DNA from: Escherichia phage ECML-183-2
Sequence record: OL631481.1
DNA: 64,000 nucleotides
Direction: 5' to 3' (one strand)
The translations under genes were made by a program, and so were the position numbers. Below, in pieces: positions 61,722 to 64,000 of the stretch. Positions within the stretch are counted from its first letter, which is position 1. Each line of letters opens with the position of its first letter. The notes beneath the pieces are model-generated. The model had not been told where the DNA came from. It did not search any database and saw only the letters and a list, made by a program, of their open reading frames with translations.

Positions 61722-64000
61722 TGAGTAAGTTTACATGGGATATTGAAGCAAACGGATTGTTGAATAATGACACTATCGATTATTTAGCTAGTCCTTATCG
61801 TCTCAAAGATACATTTCAAATGCACTGTATTGTCTTAGAGAACCATGAAACAGGAGAAATAGTAGCTTTCCACGATGGCCCTAAATACATCTTTGATGGG
61901 CGTCCTTATGAAGAGTCAGATGGTAAATACACATATGTTCTTAAAGAGTATGTGGCGCAGGATTACACGCATTTTCAACTAAAAGATTTCCCAGACTTTA
62001 TTAATCATGAAGGTTATTTTAAAGACAAGCCTGAATATCTGGTTGAAATGGCTGTGGCTCACAACGGTATCAACTACGACTGGTTGGCTACAAAACTGTT
62101 TTATGGATTAGATTACAGTGTTAAATATAATACGTGGGGCAAAAATAAGGTAAAACTTATTGACTCCTTGATTTTGAGTAAAGTGTTAAACCCAGATCGA
62201 AAGATTGAGGGCAAATCAGGACATAGCTTGGCAGCACTTTCTCGAAAAGCAGGTGGTGATGTAAAAATAGATTTCCGTAAAGAGATTCCAGAAGAAGATC
62301 GATTTAAGACTTTTGCTGCGGATATGCTTTATTACTGTATCTATGACAACAAAGCTAATACGAGCGTATATAATTACCTTATGGAAGAATGGGGCGATTA
62401 TCACAAATGGGAAGGTCCATTTGAACTTGAACAACGTGTAGCAGACATTATTACACGCCAGGAACACCGTGGGTTTGCTTTTAACATGAAACAAGCAGAA
62501 GAGAACCTTGCTTTTTTGGATGCAGAAATGGAGCGTCTTCGTTTACTCGTTGAGCCTATTTTGCCACCTAAACCAGCAACAAAAGGTTATCTTAAAGCTT
62601 TTATTCCACCTAAGTTGCAAATTAAAAAGAACTTAGAGCCAACTAACCATATGATCAATTTTGCTAAAAAACATGATGGTCGTTTGGAAGAGAGGGATGG
62701 AGATTGGTGGTTAGTTATGCTGGGGAAAGAGTGGAAACTGCCAGTTGCAGCAGATGAACCTCTATGTGATCCTCACATCCCTGCAACATTGAACGATACA
62801 ACCCATATTAAAAACTGGCTTGTAGGATTAGGTTGGGTACCGTCTGAATATAAAGATAAAGACTTGACTCTTAAATCTGGCACCAAGATTAAAAAGAGCG
62901 AGGAAGAACTTCAGAAAGGTATTCGAGCTTACGTTGAGCAAACTTTATCTTCTAATTTTTGTCAGGACCGTTGTGATCATCTGGAGTGCACACCGGAAAC
63001 CTTGGAAAGGAAGATTCAAGAGCGTATAGCAAAAGGTAAAGGTCGCGGTCTTAAAGTATTGACTAACCCATGTTTTACCAAAGGTCAGGAAAAAGAAATC
63101 TGTCCTAACCTGCAAGCTTTGGGTGAGAAATTCCCTTATGCTACACAGATTGTAGAATACTTAACGTATAAGCATCGTAGGAACTCTATTTTAGGTGGCG
63201 GTGCTGATTGGGAAGAAGATGAAGAAGATCAAGAATACGATAAAGGTTTCTTAGCCGCAGTAAGGGCGGATGGTCGTATTCCTACCCCAGCAGCTACATG
63301 TGATGCTGCAACCTCTCGTATGAAGCATAGGTCTGTAGCTAACATTCCTCGTGTCACATCTTTGTTTGGATGGGAGATGCGTAACTTGTTTGGTGTAGAG
63401 GTTCCTAAATACTTCCAGATCGGCTACGACTTCGACTCTTTGGAAGCAAAAATTGAATCACACTACTGTTGGCGGTACGAGCCGGAGCCACATGAATATT
63501 GTAACGCTCTGTTGTTAGAGAAACCTAACGATGTTCACACAATGATGGCAAAACGTATCACTGAAACTATTGGACGTAAATTTGAACGTAGTCCTGCTAA
63601 ATCTGTTAAGTATGGTATTACCTATGGTGCACAAGCCGACAAGGTTGCTAAAACAATTGGTAGCGATAAGTTTACAGGTCAATTGGTGTTTGATGCTTTC
63701 TGGGAAGCTGCATTCCCACTGGCACGTCTTAAAGAACGTTTAAACGATTTCTGGGTTAAGACTGGTAAACAGTATGTTTTGGGTATTGACGGTCGTAAGG
63801 TTCCTACTCGTTCTGCTCACGCGATTCTTAACTCTCTGTTCCAAAGTGGTGGGGTTATCTGCGCTAAACGTGCAATGGTTATTTATGACGACATGATCGA
63901 AGAAGAAGGGCTAAGTGTTGACTTCTTTAAAGATGACTGGAAGAATAAAGACTTCGTGCAACAAATGATTGCATACCACGATGAAGCCCAGCTTGAAGTT
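61721..64000 (+). CDS. family A DNA polymerase (T7-like), partial, continues beyond window
   Basis: GTG start overlapping methyltransferase stop; exonuclease motif WDIEANGL; motif B-like RSPAKSVKYGITYG; no stop before window end. Confidence 0.8.
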   Translation, partial: MSKFTWDIEANGLLNNDTIDYLASPYRLKDTFQMHCIVLENHETGEIVAFHDGPKYIFDGRPYEESDGKYTYVLKEYVAQDYTHFQLKDFPDFINHEGYFKDKPEYLVEMAVAHNGINYDWLATKLFYGLDYSVKYNTWGKNKVKLIDSLILSKVLNPDRKIEGKSGHSLAALSRKAGGDVKIDFRKEIPEEDRFKTFAADMLYYCIYDNKANTSVYNYLMEEWGDYHKWEGPFELEQRVADIITRQEHRGFAFNMKQAEENLAFLDAEMERLRLLVEPILPPKPATKGYLKAFIPPKLQIKKNLEPTNHMINFAKKHDGRLEERDGDWWLVMLGKEWKLPVAADEPLCDPHIPATLNDTTHIKNWLVGLGWVPSEYKDKDLTLKSGTKIKKSEEELQKGIRAYVEQTLSSNFCQDRCDHLECTPETLERKIQERIAKGKGRGLKVLTNPCFTKGQEKEICPNLQALGEKFPYATQIVEYLTYKHRRNSILGGGADWEEDEEDQEYDKGFLAAVRADGRIPTPAATCDAATSRMKHRSVANIPRVTSLFGWEMRNLFGVEVPKYFQIGYDFDSLEAKIESHYCWRYEPEPHEYCNALLLEKPNDVHTMMAKRITETIGRKFERSPAKSVKYGITYGAQADKVAKTIGSDKFTGQLVFDAFWEAAFPLARLKERLNDFWVKTGKQYVLGIDGRKVPTRSAHAILNSLFQSGGVICAKRAMVIYDDMIEEEGLSVDFFKDDWKNKDFVQQMIAYHDEAQLEV

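Overview
This window is a gene-dense, AT-rich stretch of a virulent-type dsDNA bacteriophage genome. Codon usage and sigma70-like promoters point to an enterobacterial host; no structural, integrase or repressor genes are present. It has five blocks. (1) 1-12787, minus strand: about 38 small early-type genes, including several paralog families and a serine recombinase. (2) 12788-14363: an ORF-free region with strong G+T skew on the plus strand. (3) 14364-24382, minus strand: an array of about 40 small genes driven by 23 near-identical cassettes, each a sigma70 promoter followed by a conserved leader hairpin (like the promoter-early-stem-loop cassettes described in T4-type phages). (4) 24400-25560: a regulatory hub with palindromes, a GC-rich island and AT-rich direct repeats, followed by a minus-strand operon (25567-31501) encoding a NADAR protein, a zinc-finger GIY-YIG-like protein and an AAA+ ATPase. 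(5) 31616-64000, plus strand: the nucleotide-metabolism and replication module (UvrD-like helicase, HNH, MazG-like, NrdD/NrdG, T7 gp4-like primase-helicase, DNA methyltransferase, T7-like family A DNA polymerase). Embedded in block 5 are the two most unusual features: a ter-like stress module (TerC, TelA-like, vWA, TerD) next to HAD, PRTase-like and macro-domain enzymes, and a cluster of four predicted glycosyltransferases. All calls rest on motif recognition by eye and ORF/RBS/promoter geometry; no database search was run.
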